Part shown: positions 1-11,481 of the stretch, piece after piece
Numbering within the stretch: position 1 is the stretch's first letter
How the letters are laid out: each line of letters starts with the position of its first letter
From: Fonticula alba ATCC 38817
Taxonomy: Eukaryota > Protista > Nucleariida
Strand: one strand, 5' to 3'
Length of the DNA: 64,000 nucleotides
Assembly: GCA_000388065.2 (NCBI GenBank)
Contig: KB932202.1
Position numbers and translations under genes: made by a program
The notes under the pieces: generated by a model
Database searches by the model: none
Told to the model about the DNA's origin: nothing
The model's input: only the letters and a program-made list of their open reading frames with translations

Positions 1-1795
1 CCCCCCCCCCCCCCCTACCCCCCCCGCGCGCATCTCCCTCGCCCCCTGTGGCTGGGTGTGGATTTACGGCCCTTGTTCCGGCCCTTGCTCCTCCTCCCGG
101 GGCTGTGCGGGTCCCCTGTTCCGGGCGCGCCGGGGAGGCGTGTCGCGGAATGCTGAACATTCCCCCCCCCCCGTTTCCGCCCCTTCCCCCCGCTCCCGTC
201 TGCAGTTGGGCTTGGGCAGTCTCCAGGGGTTCGGCCCACTCCTTTGCGCGAGGGACACGTCCACCCGGGAGTGGCGTCTTCGCGCAGCGTGCCGCCCAGT
301 GCGCGCGGGACGAAGCCGGCGTCCCGAGGCGCCCCGTGCATCGGAACATCTCGGGGGGTTTCGTTGCAGGGACCAATGATCGGGGGATGTGTCCCGCGTC
401 AGGAAGACACAAATAAGCCAGCCTTTTTTCCAGCCAGGGGCCGACCCGAGGTGAGCCGGCCCCTTGCACCCGTGTGCTGCATATGGGGCCCCCTTCCCCT
501 CTCCCCCTCCCCCCCCCCCCCGCCTCGGTCGAACCCCGTCATGACCCTCGCGCGTTTGCCCCGGTTCTCCGGCGGCCGATGGATGGGCCTCCCTCCCCCG
601 CCCCCCTGCCGGGTCCTGCCGGACGCCTGGGCGCGGGGCGGAGCCGCGCCGGGCCGCCGAGGAGGGCATGGCTTTATCGCGCTTGCAGGAGGCCCCTGCT
701 GGGCTGCCTCACCGCTGGGGCCCACAGACAGGCCGGCCAGGCTTGGGTGCTTTGGAAGGCACGTCGGCTGCCTTGTCCGCGCCGGCCCATCTTTCCGCCA
801 CGTCCCTCACCGTGCGGTGTGCCTGCGCGCGCGTGCGAGCGCGCCGGGTGAATGTGGCGCACATCCTTTTTATTCCCTGTCACCCAGGAATGCCCTGATC
901 TTGCTGGCGTGTCCGACCGGGCTGTCCCACCCCCCCCTCCCCCCGGAGGGTGCATGCTTGCGCTCACTTTTCGCCAGCCCCCGGCTCGCGCGCTCTCGGC
1001 CGCCCCCTGCCCTGCTTTCGGGAGCGCGCACACACGCACACACACACACGGGCCATCCGGCCCCTCTCCGGTCGACGTGCACACCACCTCCTTAGCTGTC
1101 CACGCGCGCCCGGCGCAGGTGGGGTGGTGTCGTCCGGCGCTGCTGGGGCCCCGGTGTCGCGGGGCCCTTCTAGCGGCCCTACTCCCTTTGGGTTCTGGGC
1201 GCCGAAGATGCTTCCCTTCCGGGAGCCGGGATGGCCCATGCGGCTGGCGCCAAATTCTGTTGGAAGGGGCTACAAGATTCCAGGAATAATTCGCGACCAC
1301 CGGGCGACTGCGTACCTCCCCGAGTGCCGGCGCGAATGTGTGCCCGCGCCTTGGGTGCATTGTTGCGGCACCTTCCTGGAGGCTTCCCCCTCGCCTCGCC
1401 CGCCCTCGCCCACCCCAGGGCCGCAAAGTGAGTGGCGGCAAGAGCAAGGGGCACGACCGGCATTTGACACAAACCCTGGGCAGCCGGTCCCCGTAAGTCG
1501 CTCGGGCTCTTCGTTCCCCCTCTCTCCGCGCCCGCATGCCCCAACGGGGGGGGGGGGATCTCGACCGGGGCGTTCTCCCTTGGCAGGGGCCGGGCCTCCG
1601 AGGCGGCTCGCGGTTTACCCAGCCACATGCTCGGCTAGGCCGCCCCCCCCCCCCCCCGGCCCCCCCCCCAGCGGACAAGGGGGGATGAACGCGTCACCCT
1701 CCGGTGTCTGCCCTGGAGCCCCCTCCCCGCGACAGATGTTGCACTCAGGGCCGGAGTCGCCTCGGCCAAGGGTGGCCACCCAGCCACTCGCCCGG

Positions 1796-1832
<37 letters not shown>

Positions 1833-4245
1833 CGCCCCTCCCTCACAAAGGGACATAGCCCTGCTCTCATTCGCCACACGGGGCCGAAGCGGCTGGGATG
1901 ACAGGGCCCGTGCTCATGGCCAAGCCGCCTCTTCCGCCCCCCCTCCCCCCCTGAGCCCCGCCTCTCAACCACGCGCACCGGCCGCCTACGGGCCTCCGCC
2001 CTCCTCTGGGCCTTTGGCTGTCCGGCTTGTCTGCCCCCTTTCATGGTCCCTGGACCGGTTGGCTCCGTCGTGTGTGTAGATGTATGTGTGTGTGTGTGTG
2101 TGTGTGTGCGCGCAAGTGGCGGAGGTGCGGGGGGGGGGGCGGGGGGCGAACAACCGGCTGACATCTCCGCCCATGCCGCCCAGGAGCTTGCGTCTCCCAG
2201 CGCCCCCGGCTGCCTCCCGCAGGCCGGTGACTGTTCCAGGTCGACTGCCATCGCATCACTCTGCGCCCGCCTGGGCCTCTCGGCACCTGGCCATAGGGCG
2301 TTCCCGTGGGGCCGGGCCCGGGCCCAGGGCAGGAGGAATCATCAGCCCCCGGGGCCGCATGCGGCGGAGTGCTTGTGCCTCCCTCTCTGTGGCTTCCGGC
2401 CTGCCTCCCGGCCGCCCTCAGCCTCTTGCAGCTTGGCGGGAGATTGCCGGTCAAGTCCGGCCTGTGGTCCCGCCAGCCCCATGCCCCCCCCCCGCCCCCC
2501 GCCCGCCGCCACGCGCATCCGGGGCCCAGGAAGTACCCAGGCCAAGGGCCAGGTGTGCCCCCCACCCCGAGCAGTGTTTGTGCAGGGGAGGGTGCACACA
2601 TGAGCCGCGCCGAACTGCTCCCCTCCCCTCCCCCCCCCCGTCGGCAGGGGGACCCGCACAAATAGAAGCGCCCTCGCGCCCCGCCCCCCGCCCCCCGCCC
2701 CTCTCCTAGACATAGGATTCTCACGCTCCGCCGTGGACTCCGAGGAGCGGCAGACGGATCGGTCCTGCCGCGCGGCCTCCCCTCCCATCCTGCCAGCTCA
2801 AGGAGCCCGAAGCGACTGACAAACCCCCCCCCCCCCCCCCGCCAGCTCCCTCGCCCCGGAAGCAGACTGGCCTCCCGAAAGACGGACGCTGCCACCTGCG
2901 CCGCGCCCGCGCCTCTGTGCTCTGCCACCCCTCCCCCCGCACGATTGCATGTCTGGCTTTCCGTCTCCCTGCCCTGGCTCCCCCTTTCACCGGGAGCCCA
3001 GTCTGCCTCGGGGACATTTTCCGGCTTTTATTTTCACTGGCTGGCCCGCCGGCGTCGTTTGCCGGGTGTCTCGCTTGACCGCGTCACACACCAGCCCTGG
3101 CCTTCGGCCGACCGACAAAACGCCCCGGCCTGCCTCGTTGCCCGAGCCGCACCGGCCGCCCCCACACCCTAGGGTCCCCGAATGCCACCTGTCTTTCTTC
3201 CTCCCCCCCCCCCCCCCTGAATGGTCTGGTCGAGATCAAGCAGGCCAAGCCCGCCCCGAAGGCCGCCCCCGCCGCCGCCGCCGCCCCGGCTGCTGAGGCT
3301 GAGAAGGTGAGCGCGGAGCCGGAGGGGTGGCGGCGGACGCGTATCCTCCGTTGTTGCCTCGCGGCTCCCCTTCTTTCTTCCCCCCCCCCCCCCCCCCCTG
3401 GAGCAGGGCGGCAGACATCGTCCGCAACGCGAAAAATCAAACATAAAGCCAGCAGCAAGATCCAAGTGTTCCTTCTCCCGTCACTTCGGTCGAGGGGAAA
3501 GGCGCCCCTTTTTCGGCCTGGGTGGGACGTGCGATTCTCGCCCCCCCCCCCCCGTCTTTCGGCCAGCATGATGCTGGCGCCGAAGGCCCGGACACCCACC
3601 CCGCCACGGGTTCCGAAAGCACCGTGATCCCCCCCCCGCCCCCCCCCCCCCTTCGTAGTGTTATTGTTTATGAGTATGAATTTGCCGCGCACCGGCTGGT
3701 GCAGGTGTTTACCCACCCACCCACCCACACGCACGCCCTCTGCGCCTCCGCCACCCCCCTCCCCCCCCGAGCCCCGGAGAGGGAGAGAGGAAACCGGATT
3801 CTTACCCCTTTCATTGTTTGATTGGCAAGAATGCATACGTGTGCGTGTGTGCCCGGGGAAAAAGCCAGAGCACTTCGCGCCCGCGCGGAGACAGATCACA
3901 CGAGCAACCTAGGCCCATGTCCCATAGAGGAGATGCATCACATGAACAAACCAGAACCAAATAACTACATTGGCATATCCTCGTGTCAAGCCAACGCATG
4001 CGAGTCGCGGATCGTGGGGATGTGTGCAAGTGTGTTGTCTTTTCAGCCGGTGCGATGTGTGTATACACACACACACACACACACCATCGCCACAAGGGAA
4101 ACCAAGGAGAAACAGGACAGGGGAGGGAAGAAGGGGGCATGTGGAGGGAGGGACAAGGCGGCGCGGGAGAACAGCGTCTCTCGCTCTCATTCACGGTCGC
4201 CTCTCGCCCCTTGTGCACCGCCTTCTTTTTTTTTCTTCCTCCCTT

Positions 4246-4937
4246 TCAGGGAACAACGTGCGGGTGGCCACCAGCACCAACATGGCTACTGCTATGGGCC
4301 GTTCCCGCTGGCGGGTTGTTCGGAAGAGCAGCCATCATCTGCGGAGAATTCACCGTCGTCGTCGCCCGCGGCAAGGCCGTCGTCTCCCCCGGCGGAGACA
4401 GCTTCTTGCGCTTGCGCGGCTTGGCCGGGGCCCCGGCGCCAGCAGCCCCGCTGCTTCCCTGGGCCGAGGCCTTGTTTCCAGTGCCAGTCGCAGGGCTACC
4501 TTTCCGGCTGGACGTCTTCCCCGAGCTGGCGGCCTTGCCACTGCCGGATTGCTTGGCCATGGCGGCGGCTCCTCCTCCAAGAGATGGTGAAGAGGCAGCC
4601 GAGGCACTGGCCGAGGGCGGCTGCGAGGCCGACCCCTCACCAGCCGCCCCTCCTCCGGGGCTTGAAGAAGCACCCCCGGCAGCCGGAGCAAGGACACTTT
4701 GCTTACGCGACCACCGCAGGCCGCATGCATTACAGAGGGATTTCTCACCATCCGGGCCGCGGCGCCACTCCAAGGATGTGGTTCGCCCGCAGCCATTTTG
4801 GGGACAGGGCAGCCCCGAGGGAGATGGCCGGGGTGTGCGCTTGGAGGCACCGCCGGTGGCCGGGTCGCTTGGGGCCGGTGGTGCGGCGCCAGTGGCCGGC
4901 ATCGGGGCCCCGGCGCGAAGCTGCCCAAACTGCGGCG

Positions 4938-4992
<55 letters not shown>

Positions 4993-5560
4993 ATACTGCT
5001 GATGGTGCCGACGCTGCATCAGCAGCATTTCCGCTGCAGACATGTTTCCATTCATATGATGATCCTCCATCGGGACATACTCCTGGCTGCCAGCCATCGA
5101 TTGCCGCCCGCCGTGATGATGGTGATGGTGATGGTGCTGCTGCTGCTGTTGTTGATGGTGGTGCTGATGCGAGTGGGCCTGCTGTTGTTGCTGCCGGTAC
5201 TGTTGCTGGAACTGCTGCTGTTGCTGGTGGTGCTGTTGCTGGTGGTGCTGCTGCTGGTGTCCATCATTCGAGCTGTTACCAAATGCAAACCCCTTGCCGG
5301 AGTTGACACGCATGAGCTCCGCCGCCGCCTCGAAGACGCCGGCAGTCATGGCCAAATCGGCCAATGAATGCATGGGGCCATTGGTGTTGTTGCTGGAGGA
5401 GGCGGTGCTGCTGCTGTTGCCGCTGACCGAGCCTCCATGGCCAACGCTGCCGTCATGCCCGCGCTGTTGCGAAAGGTTACTCAAGAAGGACGCAGAGATG
5501 TGGGTATCCGCCGCCAGCATCCCCACACCATTCATACCACCCTGGGTTTGGGCATTGTGG

Positions 5561-5592
<32 letters not shown>

Positions 5593-6966
5593 AGGGAAGT
5601 ATGACTGCGTGCCACCGACAGGGCGGTGTGAAAAATGTGTTTGCTCGTTGCTGGCTCCTCCCTGATGGGGGATCGTAGTAACTGTCGCTGTGGACACCAC
5701 ATCGCTCCCCGAGTCCAGCAGGGCCAATGATGTGGAGGAGGTGGAGGCCGAGATGGGGCTACCCATGCAGCTCATGGCTGCCCGACTCAAGGTCTCCAAC
5801 GAGGTGGCCGCCTCCAGTTGCTGGATATCCGGCGGCGAGTCCGAGGAGAAGGTCAGCCCGGGGTCCAAATTGGTCGGCATGAAGTCCGCCTGGGAGAAGC
5901 GCGGGCGTTGCTGCTGCATCATGGCCGACAGGACAGATGGGTCCTTCAGCTGAACCCAGCCAGTGAAGGACACCACTCCGACCACGGAGCACACGCGTCG
6001 CGGATCGGCCGGATCCATGACCGGTGACAGTTGGATCAGCTCGCGCGTGGCAAAGATCGCTGTGTCACCGTCGTGGCCGCCATGCCGGCCGCGAGGCCCA
6101 GCCCCGCGGCGGACCTGACGCAGAACGACAAATGGTCCCGAGGGCTTTTGGGTCTGAGGTATGGAGGCATCCGACAAGCGTGTGCGTATGTGAGCAGTGG
6201 CAAAGGGACATTATAGAGGGGGAAGATCGACAAGGAAGAGCAAAGCAAAGCAGGGTCCCCCCCCCCCCCTCCCCCCGGAAGGCAGCATGCTCCCTTGATC
6301 ATCTGTTCATGTGGTTTCGGCTTCTTGTTTCTCCCCTTTCCCGCCTCTTCTTGGACGCACCTCGACTACCGAGTGCCACATACGCTCGAAGAGATTGCCG
6401 GTGAAGCGCTCCAGCGGGTTGAGAGCCTGGTTGCCGGAGCACACATCATCCACAATGGTGAAGGTTTGGCTGCCATTCCAGTGCCGAGCATGCCGCGGCC
6501 GGAGAAGGTGCCGCAGGTTGGCCGAAAGCTCCAGTCCCGACGACTGGCTATCATACGACGTGACCACCCCGAACCAGGGAGGCAAGGTGAGCAAATCGCC
6601 CGGGGCCATGCCCCAAACCAGTTCCGAAGAGAAGGAGGCCCGCGTGATGCATCCGGTCGAGGCATCACTCTGGAAAATGATGTCCGAATTGGAGGGGGTG
6701 GTGGCAGGCGGCGAGGAGGAAAGCCCACGCGCGCGGGCATGCGCCTCGCCGAGGGTCACCGGCGCCGGGGTCGGGAGTGAGCTGGTGACCGGGGTGTCTC
6801 CCGAGGGAGTCACGTCTGGGATATAAAAGAGAGCCAGTGACTCAACCTTTTTTTTTTTTTTTTTTTCCGTCAAGGGGGAGAGGAGAGCACAGAACAGGGG
6901 TCAGATTGAGGAGGGTGTCATGGCGCATGCTTTTGAGCATGCGCAAGCAATGGCCCTCACGCGTAC

Positions 6967-7000
<34 letters not shown>

Positions 7001-7679
7001 TGAGCAAGACAACTTGGGCAGGGACGCACCTGGTCGAACTCATGGGTGATATCCTGTTCGGCCAAGCGCAAGGATACCGTGTTCGGCGGGGATCCCGGCG
7101 TGGGAGGGGCAAAGCGCAGTTCGGCCAGGAAGAAGGAATACTCGATCGGCTGGACACAAGGATCATTGCCATCCTCCGACCCGCCGGAGCTAGGGCGTGC
7201 AGGATTGGCAGGTGCCTCGGAATCGGCCCCAGCGCCCGGGACCGCATTGTGTGACACCAGGCGCCGGCGGTAGAGGGTCTTGAAGACCACTTCCGATCCG
7301 GGGACCTCTGGAGCACCCGCGCGCTTCTGGGCCAGTTTGCGCATGATCAGCGCCTGCGATGTCCGTAGGGCATGCTGTGTGCGTGTGAAAAGGGGGGTGT
7401 CAATGGACAGGCAGGCGGGAATGCTTGGGTGGATGTGTGCGCATGGAGAGTGGGGTGGGGAGGAGGGGAGAAAAAAAAGAAGAAGAAGAGAAAGCAGGAC
7501 GACAAGGGAAGGGAGGCATACCCGAACGCCGTCCCGATCACCAGGGTACAGAAGACCAAGGAGGTTCTTGCGCCGAGTGGAGGGGAGAGCGGAACCGGTC
7601 GGTGTGGGAGAAGTGCCAGCCGCGGTATCCGCTAGGTGGGCAGATGGTTGGGTTGGAAAGGAGAGGCAGGAGGTAGAGG

Positions 7680-7717
<38 letters not shown>

Positions 7718-7806
7718 AATACACACATGTGTCATCCAGCCCGGTCCAAATGCGTGTCAGAGAGTGGTGTCACCCGAAAGGGGAAGAGAGTAACAGCAAG
7801 TATACA

Positions 7807-7837
<31 letters not shown>

Positions 7838-8622
7838 CTCGGGTTGGGGAGGGTCCTTCACGTACCGAGGTCCTGATCCACAGGAGACGCAGTGCGACGG
7901 GCCGGGCCATCGGGGCCATCGGCCGCGGGAGCATCCTCCCCACCGGCATACGGCGACGCCCGGAGGCTGTCGGGCGGCATCGACAGAGAGGACACCAAAG
8001 AGGCGGCAGGGACAATGGTCTCATCGGCCAAGGTCACGGCGCTGGCCATGGAAATCTCCGGGAAAACACGGTCGTCATCCTCCGGACCGAGGTCGATGTC
8101 AAGATCGGCCGTTCGACCGTCAAAGTAGCGCACTGTCCGAATCAGCTTCAATGCCTCGCCCTCATCAATGTCCCAGGGGGGAGCAGCACCAAGAGGGAAG
8201 TCCCCCTCGGTACCGGCGCCCTGCTCGGCGGCCGAGGTGAAGGTATCGAAGCGATGGCCCAGACCGGTGGCATCCACGCCATCCGGCAGGCTAAAGAGCA
8301 CGTCGAGCCGGGAGAGCAGGCAAAGAGGCAAAGAGGCAAAGAGGGGTCAGCGAACAAAGACGGCCGGGGTGGGGGGAGGGCGGGGGACAGAAGGCATGGG
8401 GACATACTTCTGCTCATTGAGGGCCAAGCTGGAGCCCGGCAAACCGACAACCGAATTGCTTGCCGAAAGGGTGGGGGTCTGGTCAGCCTGACCTTCGAAA
8501 AAGTGGCCCTGTTCAGCTCCCCCAGGCGGAGCGGGGGATTGACGCGACTCCGGCAGGTTGAACGGGTAGTTCGGGATGGTCAGCGCCACATCGTGCTCGA
8601 GCTTCAGGCCAAAGCACGACAT
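4246..8622 (-). CDS. PAS/PAC-PAS-GATA zinc-finger transcription factor (White Collar-2-like architecture), ~1162 aa, 6 exons
   Basis: Phase-consistent exons 8622-8408, 8290-7866, 7631-7522, 7374-7030, 6846-6361, 6153-4246 (3489 nt, all GT-AG). Splicing assembles the PAS-type segment [15 protein letters not shown]|HALRTS and a PAC-like end [15 protein letters not shown] second PAS starts at [32 protein letters not shown] and ends near AIFATREL. The C-terminal half has polyQ/polyH tracts and the GATA finger [29 protein letters not shown]. The true start could lie further upstream because of the N gap at 8729-8738. Confidence 0.85.
4702..4806 (-). other. GATA-type zinc finger, C-X4-C-X18-C-X2-C
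   Basis: Translation [35 protein letters not shown]. EWRxGP...LCNACGL is the hallmark of 18-residue-loop GATA fingers. Confidence 0.95.
4948..4992. repeat. (CTG)15 coding repeat, polyQ on the minus strand
   Basis: Perfect trinucleotide run. A second run, (CTG)10, lies at 5563-5592 in the same exon. Confidence 0.95.
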
Positions 8623-10463
8623 GTTGGTAGCGGTGACGGCGACAGCGGCGGCTGACAGGCAAGCCGACGGCGGCGACGACGGGACACTGTCGGCTCCGTG
8701 GTCACGGGCAGAGTCGTTGCTTTGCGGGNNNNNNNNNNGGGGAGAGATGGACGGGGTGAGAAAGCAGCGGCAAGGAAAGACCGAAGGAAGTGCCGGACAT
8801 ACCGGAGGCGAGGGGAAGGCGATCCCCCTTACTCTGTGATGGGAGAGCGGAGTGGAGCGCGACGATGGGGCGGGAATCGGGAGAGGGGGGGAAGTGAAGT
8901 CAAAAGGGCGCGCGTGTGTGTGCGGTCCTTGGCGGCAATCCCGCGTTGATGTGCGAGAGATGGGGGGACAGAGGGAGGGGGGGGGGGACGACGGGGGAGA
9001 GTGCTTCCAGGTGGCGATGGCGAGAGGCCCAAGGGAGGCAGCCGAAAAAAGGCGCGACCATGCACCGGGCGGGGGAGGTGCGGCGCGAAAAAAGCCGCTG
9101 GGCCCAATGTCGGGAAGGACACCCACCCAGTCGACTTGCTCCTGGTCTCTCGCCGCTCCCGGCGCTTTGCCTGTTTCTCTCTCGTGTGAAGAGCGGGACG
9201 GTCGATCACCGGAAGGAGGCGCAGCCTGATACGCCACTTGGGCCGTCGGTCAAATCAACTTGGCCCCGCCCGAGCCCTTTCTCCCAGTTCCCCTTTTCGC
9301 CGTTTGGTGCGCCTACGGCCCGAGAGGTCACCCAGCGTCAACCAGCGGATGTGCATGATTCGTTTTTTCCTTTGCACGGATCGCGCTGCGATCGGTGAGC
9401 CTGGCAGGGGCGAGGGCCGGCCGGTCCGACCGCGCGTGCATCGGACGCCAGCGTGTGAGAGCAGAGCGAACACCGGGTTGCTGATCGGCCTTAGTCTGGC
9501 GGCCGCTTCTCGCCACGGCCCGTGGGGGCGGGGGGGGGGGGGGGGCGGGTGGACTTGGATCGATCGGCCACCATCGAACGCACGCCTAAACTCTCCTTCA
9601 CCTTCTGGTTATGGACGCCGGCGCACGTTCCGTTGCGCTGATCGACACCCGGAGGAGGAGCGGGAAGAACGATCGGGGGCCGGGCTGGGTGGGGCCGGGC
9701 CAGGCCTGCAGGGGGGAGGGGGGGGGGGGTCACCCGATCGCACGCACCTCTCCCGGTGGCCGAAAAAGGGATTCCTTGACCTCTCTCAAAAGGGGGATAT
9801 CACTGAGGGATTTTCAACCCCCCCCCCCCCCCGGTTCGGGGTGCAGGGAAGCGCGTACACACGCGCCCGCGCGCGCGGGCCGGGGGCTCCCGCATTTTCA
9901 TCAGCAGCATGCTGGACCAACAGAAGCGTCTCCCTTCAGAGGCCAATGCGGTCGCAGTCAGGGCTCCAGCATGCGAGGGTATGCGATTGCCCCCCCCGGA
10001 CGCGGCCGCGTCTTTTCTCTCCTCGGCGCTGTGGCGCGCAAGAGCGGACCCTCTTGACTTGCTCCCCCGGCGCCTCCCCGGCGCCTTTTGGGGGCGCAGG
10101 GCGCCCAGGCGGAGAGAACAAGAGAACCAGGCAGAGAGCGGGGTAAAACGGACCGGCGAAGCCGACCACCAGAACTCTTGGCGCGTTTACCCCAGCCAAG
10201 GGCCTCTCGGCTGCGAGGACTCCCGTCGATCTGGATCCCGGTCGAGGGTGTCCCCCCGCCCCCCTGCACACACAAAAAAGGTCGGCCGCTCGGGCCCTGG
10301 GTCCATGGGTCTCGGGCAGGCCCGACGCGTGGAGCGGTCAGCAATTATTCCGGCGTTCGAAAGAGTCGAGATGCTAGTCAAGCCTTGCGGCTCCCTGAGC
10401 CCTTTTAAAGGCGTGTGTACCTTCACACTCACATTCACACATACACATATGCATGGAGCGCAT

Positions 10464-10499
<36 letters not shown>

Positions 10500-11481
10500 A
10501 CCCAGATCACTCTGCTGGATAGCCCGCCCTGTGTGCCCATGCCCCTCCGGCCCCCTTCCCCTCCCTCCGCCCCCCATCCCGCGTGGTCTGCCCCATCCAG
10601 GACAGGCATAGGGTATTTCATGCCCGTCGCTCGGAGCCCTGCACGCGCGTCTTCTCCCGCCTGCATGGAGGATCCCGGTCGAAAGCCAAGACAACCAGGC
10701 GGCTCCCGCGCCCCGCCCCCCCCCCCCAGGTCCACGGCGCTCCGACCCACCTACGTTCTAGAGTCAGGTCGGATGTCTCCGAATTCAAGCGCCCCACCCT
10801 CCCCCCTCCGCCGGGTGAATACCACAACACTCATCAGAATGAGAGTCTGACCCCCTCTCGCAGGTACCACCAGCAGTTGCACTTGCGAGTCATAGAACTT
10901 CCGATGCCCTGGCGCTTGCCCCCCCCCCTCCCCCCCCCTCTCCCCTCCCGCCGCCTTGTCCTCCCCACGACAGCGAGGGCCGCCGCCCAGCCGTTTGACC
11001 GTCCGCCCGGCACGCCGATTGCCCGAGGGCAGGCATGTTCTCAACCCTCCTCTCGGGAGTAGGGGTACAGTCCCCTGGCATTATGTGTGCTTATGGGGCG
11101 CCCAGGGTCTCAGGGTACCCCGGGCAGAAACAGCATTGTGCGTGTCACATGAGACCGTACATGAATTCAAAACGCAATTACATGGGCGATCGTCAATCTG
11201 GTGGATCTTGATGAAAATCACCCAGCACGGGGCCCGGCGCTCCGGAAGATTTCCCCCCCTCTCCCTCGCCAATAATCGTGAGACTGTGCGCGGGCGTGTG
11301 TGTGTGTGTGTGTGTGCGTGTGTGTGTGTGGCGCATACGCGCGGAGGATCATGCATTGTCAAGGGTTGACATGGAAGGGAAAAAGAACAAGGAGAGAACC
11401 AGGACATGCCCCGGGCGTGGAGGGAGAAGGGTCTCCCTTCTAGTTGCCCGTCTCCCTGTGGTGCGCCGCGCCGTCGCCTGC

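Noticed and set aside
1-3200. Numerous 60-300-aa ORFs at the window start
   Set aside because: Low-complexity Pro/Arg/Gly translations crossing microsatellites, with no codon bias, motifs or consistent splice structure.
8623-9240. Possible upstream LOV-domain exons that would make the PAS-GATA protein a WC-1-type photoreceptor
   Set aside because: No GxNCRFLQ-like motif or codon-biased exon is visible in any frame. The 10-N gap is too small as assembled to hide one.
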